Source: the human T2T-CHM13v2.0 reference genome, Homo sapiens. From it: DNA of 64,000 nucleotides. The notes beneath the pieces are model-generated. The model was not told the DNA's origin. It searched no databases and worked only from the letters and a program-made list of their open reading frames with translations. The translations under genes were made by a program, and so were the position numbers. The stretch is from the NCBI RefSeq assembly GCF_009914755.1, contig NC_060928.1; one strand, given 5' to 3'. This document shows positions 1-12,792 of the stretch, piece after piece; position 1 is the stretch's first letter; the number at the start of each line of letters is the position of its first letter.

Positions 1-440
1 ATGTCAAAAGAATGAATGAATAAGCAAAAATAAAGAAATGAGAAAGAAAATATTTCATTTTAGGTATCAAGGTAAATGAGAACTTTTAATAGACTATAAA
101 CACAAATTAACTTTTTTCTTTCATCATAGAGAATGAAAGAAATCACAAATAGAAACTAGCACACCATGGACACACAAACCTGTGTTTAGAGAACTTGAAG
201 AAAAATGGTTTCACTAGCATTCCATTAAAATAAATGATTTTATTTACTCTCAACTGACTTTTAATACACTATAATGGAAAAATATGAAAAAATATATTGT
301 TTTCAGTTTATTACTCAGTTTCATAAACTTTTGACAGAATACAGTTTCAAAATTGAATAAAAGGGCCAGAACTGATACATCTTAGTTAGAAAATCAATGT
401 TTAAATACCTAAAATATTTAAAACTGATAGTCCCTTGGCT

Positions 441-443
441 ACA

Positions 444-505
<62 letters not shown>

Positions 506-534
506 GAGAGAGAGAAGCATGGGAACAAATACAG

Positions 535-572
<38 letters not shown>
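441..572. repeat. Two (CA)n microsatellites separated by a short GA-rich spacer
   Basis: CA runs at about 441-497 and 536-572, read directly. They generate the HTHT/CVCV ORFs. Confidence 0.97.
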
Positions 573-577
<5 letters not shown>

Positions 578-2454
578 TACATATGAGGCTTTTGAGTTTC
601 CCTGCAGGATAAATGAATCTATTAGTAACTCATTTTGTTCTGTTACAGACAATTTAACATTTTTAACATTCAGTTGATATGCTGTGTTAGAATAAATCTA
701 GCCGAATAAGTAGTGCAGATTGCTTCTTTATGACTTATTTGTTGCAGGTTTTATTGATCCTCTCTTCTTGACCTCAATGAAAACCAAAGAAAATATTAAG
801 AAACAAGTCAAAAAGGAGATATAAAAGTCAAAAAGTAACATACTTATTGGCCTGGAGAATTATAGTTTCAATAGAAACTGGAGAGTAGGAGTCAGAGTCA
901 AAATAATTAGATTGAAAGTGAAGGTTTTATTCTCATACCTTTGACACTAGAAAAGGCAGGATGGATAGAAAATAATTTGGACACTTCAGGAAATGAGAGG
1001 AAATTACTTTCACAACCTACATGTACCTGAGAGCCCACTTTTCACACTCTGCAGGAAGGAAAGTCAGACAAAAAAGCAACTGATTAGATTTCTTCTAGCT
1101 TAGTTATTTTGTATTTGCAATGTTTTCTTAACTGCTGTGACCTTAGGACTGCAACATTTTATACATTGTGTTTGCAAAGAGTGCAAAGAGAGCCTCTGCT
1201 ACTAAGGGACTAATTTTAAGAATAGGAAGATGTACTTGATGAAAACCTTAACAATGAACTGGTAAACATTGGAGCAATATTATCTTTAGGTTATTTGAGA
1301 GCCTATGAAAAACTGGAATAAATTAATTTAAAGACTAGAAACCAGACATCCCTCTTGGGTATACATTTTGAAGACACTGAGCCATAAAAGGAAAGGTATT
1401 TACATCTTATTGTGCTGCTCCTTAGCCTTCATTTAGGTGATATATTGTAATGATACCCTGGTCTAAATGCAAAAGAAATGACTGATGATGCTTTTAACGC
1501 TCAAGAATGAAAAGTTAATCATGTCACAATAGTAATTCCATTTAAAATATGCCATGGACCTTTGATGACCACTTGAAATTTTTCTCAGGGAAAATATGCT
1601 TATATAACATCACAGTAAATAAGATTGGAAATATCATAACTGGTCATAACAATTGCTAATAAAATTATATGAAATACTACACATCCTTTGTGTTCAGAAA
1701 CTATTAAGGTTAATGGGAATAACTTAGCAGGTAGAAATGGAAGCTAGAAGGCATTTGAACACTTTAGAAACATCATGGGCATAAGCAGAATCAATAGGAC
1801 TTGAGCCATATGTTGTATGTGCATCTGTCCTTGTAAATGGCTATAATTTGACATAAAAATGGGTTTTTCTCTCATCCTAGCTACCGGTTTCTTTCTGGTT
1901 GTGAGTCACTATAGAAATAATAATATCAAAAACATTATGCCATTATTCTTTATGAAAATACTGTGACTACAAAATGCTATATTTTAAAAATCAATTTATC
2001 TTACAAAGTAGCTCTTAGAGACTTAAGATAGTGTCCAGAATGAGGAAATCATATTTTATTATTCTGACTCCATCATTGACTTGCCTTGAGATTCTGGATA
2101 AATTCTGTGTTTAGCCTTTCTATGCTTCAGCTTATGAAACTATAAAATTTATACAAAGCAATTATCATGCCCTATATTAACCTAATGGGGAAACGAATTT
2201 AAAATACAATCAGGTTAGCCAAATAGACTTTTTCAAAATAACAACTTTGCTAAAGATGTTTCTATTATATAGTTATAGGTTTGAACATGACCACTGAAGA
2301 CCTTTTCAATGCTTGCAACTACCACGTGGCTTGGGGCCTCTTCACTGGGGCACAAAACTTCTTTTTTTATCCCTCCTTTTCCCTGCTACCACTCCTTTTA
2401 TCTAGTATTCAGCCTGATAGTATTTTAACAGACTGAAAGATTTATAATTTATCT

Positions 2455-3042
2455 ATTCAACAGCTGTTTACTAAATGACTTCTAAGTGCTAAGTGGATCT
2501 TTGTGCTGTAAATTCAATAGTAAACAACAACAAATAGCAATAACAAGAATCTCTGTTCTCAGTAAGGACAGTAAGTGGTCAGAGAAAATAAATGAGACCA
2601 CTAAATTATATTTGAAAAATATTATTCGTAAAACAAGGAAGGGCAGGGCATGGTATACTGATGGGATGTGTTACAATTTTATGTAGAGTTGTCAGGGAAG
2701 GTTTGCAGAGACAGTGATGTTTTTGTAAAGACTCTCTAATAAGGTCAAGAAAAAATATGGGATATTTGAGGGAATGGAATTCAAGGCAGCAAGGTTTTGC
2801 AAAATGAGTGAGGGACAGGTAGTAGGAGATGTGGCCACAGAAGTGGCTGATGAAGGCTTTGGCATTTACTCTGAGTTAGGTGAGGAGCAAGGGGAAGATT
2901 TCAAGCTCAGAATAAAAGATTCTGAATTACATTTTAAGGTGATCACTCTGCCTATTTGAGAACAGATAATAGACAAAGATGAAAGTAAGAAGAACACTTT
3001 GCAGGCAGTTACAATTATCCACGGGAAAGATGATGGTGGCTC
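2455..3042 (-). mobile_element. LINE-2 (L2a-like) 3' part; first piece of an L2 split by later insertions
   Basis: attcaacagctgtttactaaatgact...gtgcta resembles the reverse L2 tail. It breaks at gatgatggtggct and resumes in register near 7875 (tgatggcttccaacagggtggtggcag...gattctggatgtattttg). Confidence 0.7.
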
Positions 3043-3280
3043 CCCTTCCTCAACCATATTGATGCATAATTCACAAATAAAAACTGTATGTATTGATAGT
3101 ATACAATGTGATGTTTTGGTGTACATTGTCAAGTGATTACTACAATCAAGCTAGTTACCATATCTGTCACCTCACAGAGTTACCTTTTTTGCATATGAGG
3201 TAAGAACACTTAAGATCTACTTTCTTAGCAATTTTCAAGTATATAATAGAGGACTTATTAACTATAGGCAGTATAGTCAC

Positions 3281-3650
3281 TGAATTAGTTAATTTGTGCT
3301 TCTATAACAAAACAGCACAGACTGGGTAATTTATAAATAACAGAAATTTACTTCTCACTTCCCAGGGACTGGGAAGTCGAAGATCAAGGCACCAGCAGAT
3401 TTGGTGTCTGGTGAGGGCTGTTCTCTGCTTCCAAGATGACACCTTGTTGCTGCCTCCTCACATGGCAGAAGGAGGAAAGGCAAACAACCTAGCTAGTTAT
3501 CTCCAGCTTTTTCAATAAAGGGATTCATATCATTCATGTGGGTAGAGCCCTCATCACCTAATCACCTAAAAGCTACAACTTTGAATATCACGACCTTGGT
3601 GATTAGATTTTAATATATAAATTTTGGAGAAACACATATTCAAACCATTG
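3281..3650 (-). mobile_element. MaLR solo LTR (MLT1A/B-like)
   Basis: Typical motif agactgggtaatttataaataacagaaattta...aagatcaaggcaccagcagatttggtgtctggtgagggc; ends at cacatattcaaaccattgta. Confidence 0.8.
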
Positions 3651-3848
3651 TAGTTGCCATGCCACAAACTAGATTTCCAAAATGTATTCATCCTGTATAA
3701 TTGAAATGTTCTACCTATTGATCAAAAACTCCCCACTTTCTCCACCCTCTTGTCCTTGGCAATCACCATTACATTATTTGTCTCTGGGTTCATCCATGCT
3801 GTCACAAATGACAGAATTTCCTTCCATTTTAAGGATGAATAATATTCC

Positions 3849-3850
<2 letters not shown>

Positions 3851-3886
<36 letters not shown>
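3851..3886. repeat. (TG)n microsatellite
   Basis: Pure TG run. Confidence 0.97.
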
Positions 3887-3891
<5 letters not shown>

Positions 3892-4088
3892 ATACATCAC
3901 ATATTCTTTATCCATTCTTTCATCAATGGTTGCTTAGGTTGATTCCATATCTTGGTTATTATGAATAATGCTGCAGTGAACATGGGGTGCTCTTTGACAT
4001 ACTAGTTTTATTTCCTTTGGATTTATATGCAGTTACAGAATTGCTAGAGTATATAGTAGTTTTATTTCTGATTTTTTGAGAAACCTCC

Positions 4089-6430
4089 TGTATTAGTCCG
4101 TTTTCACTCTGCTGATAAAGGCATACCTGAGACTAGGCAATTTACAGAAGAAAAAGGATTAATGTTTAATGCCCTTACATTTCCACATGGCTGGGGAGGC
4201 CTCATAATCATGGCAGAAGGCAAGAAGGAGCAACTCACATGTGAAGGGTGGCAGGCAAAGAGAGAGCTTGTTCAGGGAAGCTCCTGTTTTTAAAACCATC
4301 AAATCGTGTGAGTCTCATTCACTATCACAGGAACAGCACAGGAAAGCCTCACTCCCATAATTCAATCACCTCCCACTAGGTTCCTCCCCGGACACGTGGA
4401 GATTTTGGGAGTTACAATTCAAGATGAGATTTGGGTGGGGAGACACAGCCAAACCATATCATTCCACCCCCGGCCACTCCCAAATCTCCTGTCCTCACAT
4501 TTCAAATTCAAGGCTGTTGTTCAAGGCTGTTGCCTTCCCAACAGCCTCCCAAAGTTTTACCTCATTTCAGCATTAACTCAAATGTCCACAGTCCAACATC
4601 TCATCTGCCTAGGAGGAGATGAGACAACGCAAGTCTTTCCTGCCTAGGAGCCTGTTAAACCAAAAGCAAGTTAGTTACTTCCTAGACACAATGAGGGTAC
4701 AGCCATTGGGTAAATACAGCCATTCCAAATGGGAGAAATTGGCTAAAACGAAGGGCCTACAGGCCCCATGCAAGTTTGAAATCCAGCAAGGCAGTCAAAT
4801 CTTAAAGCTCCAAAATGATCTCCTTTGACTCCATGTCTCACATCCAGGTCACACTGATGCAAAGGATGGGTTCCCGTGGTCTTGGGCAGCTCTACCCCTT
4901 TGGCTTTGTAGGCTAGAGCCTCCCTCCCCATGCTTTCACGGGCTGATGTTGAATGTCTGCAGCTTTTTCATATGCATGTTGCAAACTGTCGGTGGATCTA
5001 CAGTCCTGGGGTCTGGAGGACAATGGCCCTCTTTTCACAGCTCCACTAGGTGGTGCCCCAGTAGGGACTCTGTGTGTGGTCTCAGACCCCACATTTCCCT
5101 TCTGCACTGCCCTAGCAGAGGTTCTCCGTGACAGCCCTGCCCCTGCAGCAAACTTCTGCCTTGATACCCAGGCATTTCCATACATCCCCTGAAATCTAGG
5201 TGGAGGTTCCTTAACCTCAATTCTTGACTTCTGTGCACTTGCAGACTCAACACCATGTGGAAGCTGCCAGGACTTGAGGCTGGCACCCTCTGAAGCCATG
5301 TCCTGAGCTCTACATTGGATCCTTTCAGCCACAGCTGGAGCTACTGGGACACAAAGCACCAAGTCCCCGGGCTGCACATAACACAGGGACCCTGGCCCTG
5401 GCTCACAAAACCACTTCTCCCTCCTAGGCATCTGGGAGGGACTGCTGTGAAGACCTCTGACATGCCCTGGAGACATTTAACCCGTTGTCTTGGGGATCAA
5501 CATTTGGGTCCTTGTTATATATGCAAATTTCTGCAGCTGGCTTGAATTTCTCCTTGGAAAATGGGATCTTCTTTTCTATCTCACTGTTAGGCTGCAAATT
5601 TCCTGAACTTTTATGCTTTCCTTCCCTTTTCAAATTGAGTGCCTTTAACAGCACCCAACTTACGTCTTGGATGCTTTGCTGCTTAGAAATTTCTTCTGCC
5701 AAATACCCTCAATCATTTCTCTCAAGTTCAAATTTCCATAAATCTCTAGGGCAGGGGCAAAATGCCACCACTCTCCTTGCTAAAACATAACAAAAGTCAT
5801 TTTTGCTCCAGTTCCCAAAAAGTTTCTCATTTCCATTGGAGACCACCACAGCCTGGACTTTATTGTCCATATCCTTATCAGCATTTTGGGCAAAGCCATT
5901 CAACAAATATCTAGGAAGTTCCAAACTTTTCCACATTTTCCTGAATTCTTCTGAGCCCTCCAAACTATTCCAACCTCTGCCTGTTAACCAGTTCCAAGTC
6001 ACTTCCACATTTTTGGGTATCTTTTCAGCAGTGCCCCACTCTCCTGGTACCAATTTACTGTATTAGTCCATTTTCATGCTACAGATAAAGACATACCCAA
6101 GACTAGGCAAGGTACAAAACAAAGAGGTTTAATGCACTTACTGTTCCACATGGCTGTGGAGGCCTCACAATCATGGTAGAAGGCAAGGAGGAGCAAGTCA
6201 CATATTACATAAATGGCAGCAGGCAAAGAGAAAGAGCTTGTGCAGGGAAACTCCTGTTTTTAAAACCATCAGATCTTGTGTGACTCATTCACTATTACTA
6301 GAGCAGCACAAGAAAGACCCGCCTTCATAATTCAATCACTTCCCGCTGGGTTCCTCCAAGGACCCAGTGAGAATTGTGAGAGTTATAATTCAAGGTGAGA
6401 TTTGGGTGGGGACACAGCAAAACCATATCA
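4089..6430 (-). mobile_element. Complete THE1 MaLR element: LTR 4089-4461, internal 4462-6058, LTR 6059-6430
   Basis: Both LTRs read tgtattagtcc...aaaccatatca. Perfect 5-bp TSD CCTCC (4084-4088 and 6431-6435). The internal region carries MaLR ORF remnants (5709..6053 minus, GRGWNSLEGSEE..KMW..LELPR). Confidence 0.95.
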
Positions 6431-8391
6431 CCTCCATACAGTTATTCATGACAAATGCACCAATTTTTATTCCGACTAACAATATACAAAGATTCCCTTT
6501 TCTCCACATTTTGCCAACACTTGTTATCTATCTTTTTGGTAATAGCTATTCTAACAGGGAAATTTGCATTTCTCTGATAATTAATGATGTTGAAATACAT
6601 AGTTATATATTTTTCCTTATACTTCTTGGCCATATATATATGCCTTCTTTTGAGAAATGTCTATTTAGGTTCTTTACCAATTTTTAAATTGGTTTGTTTT
6701 CTTGCTGTTGAGTTGTTCGAATTCTTTATATGTTTTAGATATTAACTCTTTATCAGATGTATGATTTGCAAATATTTTTCCTATTCTGTTAAGTTGTGTC
6801 TTTGTTGTTTTCTTTGCTGTGAAGAAGCCTTTTAATTCCATGCAATTTTATTTGTCTGTTTTTTGCTTTTGTAGCTTTTGTTTTTGGGGTAATATTTTAA
6901 AAATCATTGGCCAGACCAAGGTCAAGAAGCTTCTTCATATGTTTTCATTCAGTAGTTTTAGAGTTTCAAGTTTTAGATTTAAGTCTTCAATCCATGTTGA
7001 GTTTATTACATATGGTGTGAGATAAGGGTCCAATTTTATTCTATATGTGAATATCCAGTTTTTGCAGTACTATTTATTCAAGCAACTGTCCATTCCCTAT
7101 TGTGTGTTCTTGGCATCTTCATCAAAAATCAATTGAACAAAAATGTGTGGATTTATTTCTGTGCTCTCTATTCTGTTTCATTTGTCTATATATCTGTTTT
7201 TATGTGAATACCATGCTGTTTTGATTACTATGGCTTTTTAGTACATTTTGAAAGCTAGTAGTGTGACACCTCTCGCTTTGCTCTTTTTGTTCAAGATGCT
7301 TTTGCTATTCAGATAATTCCTTGTCTATCAATAATTACTTTAAATGTGGAAGGATTTAATTTGCCAATCAAAAGACATACAGTGGTTGAATGGATTTAAA
7401 AGAAAAAAAAAAAACAAGATCCAATATTTAGTGTCTATGAGAGACTCACGTTAGCGTTAAGGGCACACATACTCTTAAAGTGAAGGGATAGAAAAAAAAT
7501 ATTCTACCTAATGGTAAGCAAAAGAGACCATGAGACATATACAAAGCATTCCACCCAACAGTAGCAGAATACACATTTTTTATAAGCACTTACAGAACAT
7601 TCTTCAGGATAAATCATATGTTAGGCAACAAAAAAAGTCTTATCAAATTTAAAATACTGAAATATATCAAGTATCTTTTCTGTCCACAAGTATACACAAC
7701 TGGAAACCAGGGACAGAAAGAAAATTAGAAAATTCCCAAATATGTGAAAATTAAACGATGCAATTCTGGATAACCATTAAGTCAAATAAAAAATCAAAAG
7801 AGAAATAAAAATATACCTTGAAACAAATAAAAATGGAAAGAACATATTAAAACTTATGGGACGTTGCGGAAGGTCATGATGGCTTCCAACAGGGTGGTGG
7901 CAGAAAAGGTGCTGATAAATGGTCAGATTCTGGATGTATTTTGCCTATAGAGCCAAGAGGATTTGCTTTTAGAATTGAATTTTGGTGTGAAAGATAGGAT
8001 GTCTCTGAGGTTTTTGTCCTAAGCACTCAGAATAATGGAGATGACATTAACTAAGATGAAAAGGATTGGGTATAGGGGAAACTGGTTTACTTTTAGATAA
8101 ACTAGACATTTATTTATAACATATGTTGAGTTTGCAATATATATAATCATCAGAATAAAAATTGTGCGTAGACAGTTGTATGTTCTAACCTCTTGTTAGA
8201 GAACAGTCCAGTCTGGGGATATAGATTTAGGAATCATCAGCAGATGATGCTCTTTAAAGCCAAGAAACTGGATCAGGTCACCAATGGAGTAAATGTGGAT
8301 GGAAAAGAAAATAGGATCAAGGCTGAAGTCCTGGAGCACTCCTATAGAAGGAGATCAGGCTGACAAGGAGGAGCCAACAAAAGTGTCTAAC

Positions 8392-8764
8392 TGGTATGGT
8401 TTGGCTGTGTCCCCACCCAAATCTCATCTTGAATTGTAGCTCCCATAATTCTGATGTGTTGCAGGAGGGACCCAGTGGGAGATAATTGAATCATGGGGGC
8501 GGTTTCCTCCATACTGTACTTATGGTAGTGAGTAAGTCTCAGGAGATATGATGATTTGCTAAGGGGTTTCCCTTTTTGCTTGACTCTCATTCTGTCTATT
8601 GCCCATCACCATGTAATAAATCCCTTGCTCTTCCTTCATCTTCTGCTATGATTGTGAGGCCTCCCCAGCCACGTTGAACTATGAGTACATTCAATCTCTT
8701 TTTGTTTATAAATTACCCAGCCTCAGGTATGTCTTTATCAGCAGTGTGAAAACGGACTAATACA
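8392..8764 (+). mobile_element. THE1 solo LTR
   Basis: tggtatggtttggctgtgtccccacccaaatctcatcttgaattgtagctccc ... aacggactaataca; TSD CTAAC/GTAAC (4 of 5 match). Confidence 0.92.
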
Positions 8765-8835
8765 GTAACTATTAGCCCGTGAGGAAAAGTGAAATGGAAG
8801 AGAGGAGTTCCCAGGAGCCAAAAGAAGAACATGTT

Positions 8836-9135
8836 GGCTGGGTGCAGCGGCTTATGCCTGTGATCCCAGAACTGGGAGGCCAAGGTGGGCAGATCACTTG
8901 AGGCCAGGAGTTCAAGACCAACCTGGCCAACGTGGCAAAAGCCCGTCTCTACTAAAAATACAAAAAATAGCCGGGCATGGTGTGGCTGCCTGTAATCCCA
9001 GCTACTCAGGAGGCTTAGGCAGGAGAATGGCTTAAACCCAGGAGGCTGAGGTTGCAGTGAGCCGAGATCGCACCACTGCACTCCAGCCTAGGCAACAGAG
9101 TGAGACTGTCTTAGAAAAAAAAAAAAAAAAAAAAA
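8836..9135 (+). mobile_element. Full-length AluS
   Basis: Two-arm Alu with poly(A); TSD AAGAACATGTT at 8825-8835 and 9134-9144. Confidence 0.96.
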
Positions 9136-10119
9136 GAACATGTTTTGGGGAGAAAGTAACTATTTGTTGTATCAGAAGTTGCTGACAGGCCAGGTAGGAC
9201 GAAGACTGAAAACTGACTTTGGGTTTAGAAATGCAGCACTATCAGTGTCTGTGACAGTAGCAATTTTGGAATAGTGGTGGAGGAGAAAACTTGACAAGTG
9301 GATTCAAGAAAGAAAGACAGGAGAGGAATTGGTGACAATGAGTACAGGCACCTCCTTTGAGTTGTTTTTCCTCAGTTAAGAGGAGTGGAGAAATGGGGGA
9401 ATAGCTATAAAGAGATCTGAGGTCAAGAGAAAGCTGTATTATAATGAGAAAGTTAACAGAATATTTCCTGATGCTCGAGCAATTGCTATTTTTCATTTTT
9501 TCTCACTGAAATAAGAAAGAAATCTATCATCAAAAAGTAACTACAAGGGAAGACATGTTGGAAGTTTGATGAGTGGAGAGTTAGAAAGTGAACACATACT
9601 AAAAAAATGCATGTATCATTTAAAATGATGTTGAGTATAACAGAAACTACCCTGTCACAGTTATGAGAGGATGTACATGTGTGATTGTGCGAGTCGGTAA
9701 TCACTTCTAAATCTCCATGCACTTTTGCATTCAGTTTCTTTTTCCTTCCCTATTTTTTTGTTTCCTTTTTTCTTTTCCTGCCATTGCAGGGTCTTTTTGA
9801 CATCTTTTTAGATCATTTCTGGCTAGCTTGAAAGATATAAGGGATGTTTCAGGTTATAAAATAACAGTATTTATTTAAGTAATATTCCAAGTGACTATAC
9901 ACTCTGACAGCCTTCTAAGTCTTAACAAAAATTCAATTCCCATTTCTGGGGATTGTTTTCCTCCTGTTGTTTGTGTTGCTGTGTGACATACACATGCTTT
10001 ATTTGTTACTCTTTTGACAAGATCCTGCTGCCTTTTTCTAAGCCCAGGCTCATGACATCTGCTCCAGGTTGTACATTTAATATTCTGTTTTTAGGTGACT
10101 CTTTTTTCTGTATCCTCAT

Positions 10120-10700
10120 TGCCTGAACCTGACTTACTTTGCCTGGCCCTCATTATCTTCCACCTAGACTATTGTATTTTCTTCCTGACAGTGCTCACAG
10201 CTTCTCATTTTCACATTCTGAGATTCAATACATATGCTATTTAAACAAAACTGATCATATTTCTTTCTGGATTAAAAAGATGCAATGGACTGTATTGTCA
10301 TTATGATAAATTATAAATTTCATAATCTTGGCTAACCTTCCTGGTCTTTTTCTCACATACTTTCTTCCTGTATACAATGCTCATCACAAACCATTCACTC
10401 TTTTCCATATGCACCATGTTCTTCCAGCCTTCCATCCATGCATATATGAATCTGTGTGCCCTTTCCACTTACAGAACGACCATCCAATAGACCTAGGTCA
10501 AACATCTCTGCCAGAGGGAAGTCTCCGTTAAATTTTTTGTGTATAGTTACCAACTCCCTGATTTGTGCGTCCCTCTTCTTCCTAGAACATCAAGTCTTAT
10601 AAGGGCAGGATTTGTGGTTTACTGCTGTATCTTTCAAGTCTAGACCTGTTCTTGGTTTAATGTAGATGAGCAATAACTGCTTGTCCAGTGAATAAAAAAT
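10120..10700 (+). mobile_element. LINE-2 fragment (3' region)
   Basis: cattatcttccacctagactattg... and an L2-like tail ending caataactgcttgtccagtgaataaa. Confidence 0.55.
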
Positions 10701-11243
10701 TCCCTAACCCATGTGGCAGAATCTGGAACATAACAAATACTTTAAAATGCCTATTTAATGCTTCTCTCTACTTTGCTTCTAAATATTTTGCTAACTTTAG
10801 ATGCCCCATTATAATTTCTCATATAATACTCTACAGACTTTCAGTTGTGGTGAGATAACTCGTGTAACCTTGAGAATCACAATATCTTGTTCATGGATAT
10901 CCAAATAACTTCTTATTTGATAACCTAGACCCAGAGTTGGCCCTACTCATATTTTCCAGTCTGACAGGTATTTACTTAACTTTGAGCATGATCGAGGATT
11001 TATATGGAAATAAAGTAGCTACATTTTATTTAAAAGCCTTTATAAATAAATGAATTGAATAAAGATGGCCAAAGTACATTAAAACAATTTTTAAAAACAC
11101 CTATACCATCCTTTCTATATGGCGTGTGTTTTTTGTGAATGCAAAATCAAGCATGTAAAAACACAGCACAACAAAAATAATAAAAGGTGATTTACTTCAT
11201 TTTTTGGATGGAGTGCACAAAAAAGTGAAAGACACTATCCATC

Positions 11244-11644
11244 TGTGTTAGGTTGTTCTTCTGTTGCTATAAAGAAATAGCCAGCTGAGACTGGGTAATT
11301 TACAAAGAAAAGGTTTAATTGGCTCACAGTTCTGCAGCTTTATAGGAAACGAGGTGCTGGCAACTGATGGCTGAAGAGGCTTCAGGAAGCTTACAATCAT
11401 GGAGGGAGGTGAAGAGGGAGCAGGCATGTCGCATGCAAAAGCAGAAGCAAAGGGGTGAGAGAGAGTCGGGGGGCAGTTTCACACACTTTTCAATAACCAG
11501 ATCTCATGAGAACTCACTCACTATCACACCAAGCCATGAGGGGTCCTGCCCCATGACCCAAATACCTCTCACAAGGCACATCTAATATTGGGGATTACAT
11601 TTCAACATAAGATTTAGGCGAAGACAAATATCCAAACTATATCG
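11244..11644 (-). mobile_element. MST solo LTR (MSTB-like)
   Basis: tgtgttaggttgttcttctgttgctataaagaaata...atatccaaactatatcg; perfect TSD CCATC (11239-11243 and 11645-11649). Confidence 0.9.
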
Positions 11645-11914
11645 CCATCTCTTTAATGCTACACTTAAGATTATACATCAGGGCTGTCTAAAATGGTTTG
11701 CTTTTTCTCTCTCAGGTTGGCCATACATAGCAACAAAGTCAACAAAGTGGTTGAAAGTTAAGTCCCCTTTGATGACAGAACAAAAGGTTTTATTGGATAA
11801 ATATTTTAGGCCTTCCTAAGTTCACCTCTCTTCTGATTGAATTTTAATTGAAAATCAATGACATTCTTTACTAATGAAGTATTATTCTTACAATGATAAG
11901 GCCGAAAAAGCATT

Positions 11915-12095
11915 GATAGGTATTAGTCATATCGAACACTTTTTCATATGCTTTTTGGCCATTTGTATACCTACTTTTGAGAAATGTCTATTCAGATCTT
12001 TTGTTCATTTTTTAATTGACTGTTTTCTTGCTATTGAGTTGTTTGAGTTCCTTGTATGTTTGGATATTAATCCCTTGTCAGGTGTATTGTTTGTT
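11915..12095 (-). mobile_element. L1 ORF2 fragment
   Basis: ttttggccatttgtatacctacttttgagaaatgtctattcagatc is reverse L1 ORF2 C-terminal sequence. Confidence 0.8.
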
Positions 12096-12397
12096 GTATG
12101 AACTTCGAAGTAATGAGATCTCACCCATTCACTGTTGTTATGAGCTGCCTTCCCAAAGCTGACAGCTTTGTCAAAATTGAATTTTTCTAGGTATAAAAAT
12201 AGAATACCACATCTTTAATTCTAGATCTGTGCAAGATGCCAACATGGTTAGCTTGTCACTGTTCTTCTTCCTTTACTTTTAATGTGTTTATTTCTGTATG
12301 TTCTTACTTCAAGTAGTTGGGGCTCACTATTATCTGACAAAATATAATTATTATGATGCTGACCAAAATGGAAATATTGTAATGACTTTGATTTGTC

Positions 12398-12792
12398 TTT
12401 AATTAATAGACACTAATTTTTAGAGAAGTTTTATGCTTATGAAAATTGAGTGGAAATTAGAGTTCCCATCTACTCCTTCACCCCCCAACACAATTTTTTT
12501 CATTAACATATTGCATTACTGTGGTACAGTTGTGATAATTGATAAGCCACTATTGATACATCATTATTAATTAAGTCTATAGTTTACAGAAGGGTTAACT
12601 GTTGGTGTTATATGTTTTATGGCTTTTGATAAATGTTTAATGACATATTTCCTCCATTACAGCATCACATAGCATCATTTCACTGCCCTAATAATCCCAT
12701 GTGCCCCACCTATCATCCCTCTCTATCTCCTCTACACTCCTGGCAACCATTGATTTTTTTACTGTTTTTATAGTTTTTTTCTTTTCCGGAAT
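12398..12792 (-). mobile_element. Old L1 3' UTR fragment (L1MC/MD-like)
   Basis: tttttagagaagttttatgcttatgaaaattgagtggaaattagagttccc...cctggcaaccattgatttttttactg. Confidence 0.7.

Larger units (their letters stand above)
3050..7870 (-). mobile_element. Old L1 (L1MA-type), 5'-inverted, inserted in L2 and itself interrupted by MLT1 and THE1
   Basis: Reverse L1MA 3' UTR from about 3055, minus-strand ORF2 C-terminal sequence at 6436-7315, then a plus-strand ORF2 endonuclease region at about 7316-7865. Confidence 0.8.
7875..9620 (-). mobile_element. LINE-2 continuation, interrupted by a THE1 solo LTR and an Alu
   Basis: L2-like motifs (gattctggatgtattttg, atagatttaggaatcatcagc, tttggaatagtggtggagg) continue across both insertions. 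Confidence 0.7.

Noticed and set aside
321-677. Four overlapping ORFs with HT/CV repeats
   Set aside because: Translations of (CA)n microsatellites.
4396-6066. Dense ORF cluster up to 187 aa
   Set aside because: Fragmented THE1 internal and LTR sequence. The same pattern recurs in the MST element at 27387-29309. Not a gene.
8713-9081. 122-aa ORF (also 31129-31341, 31946-32242, 38378-38665)
   Set aside because: Antisense Alu translations.
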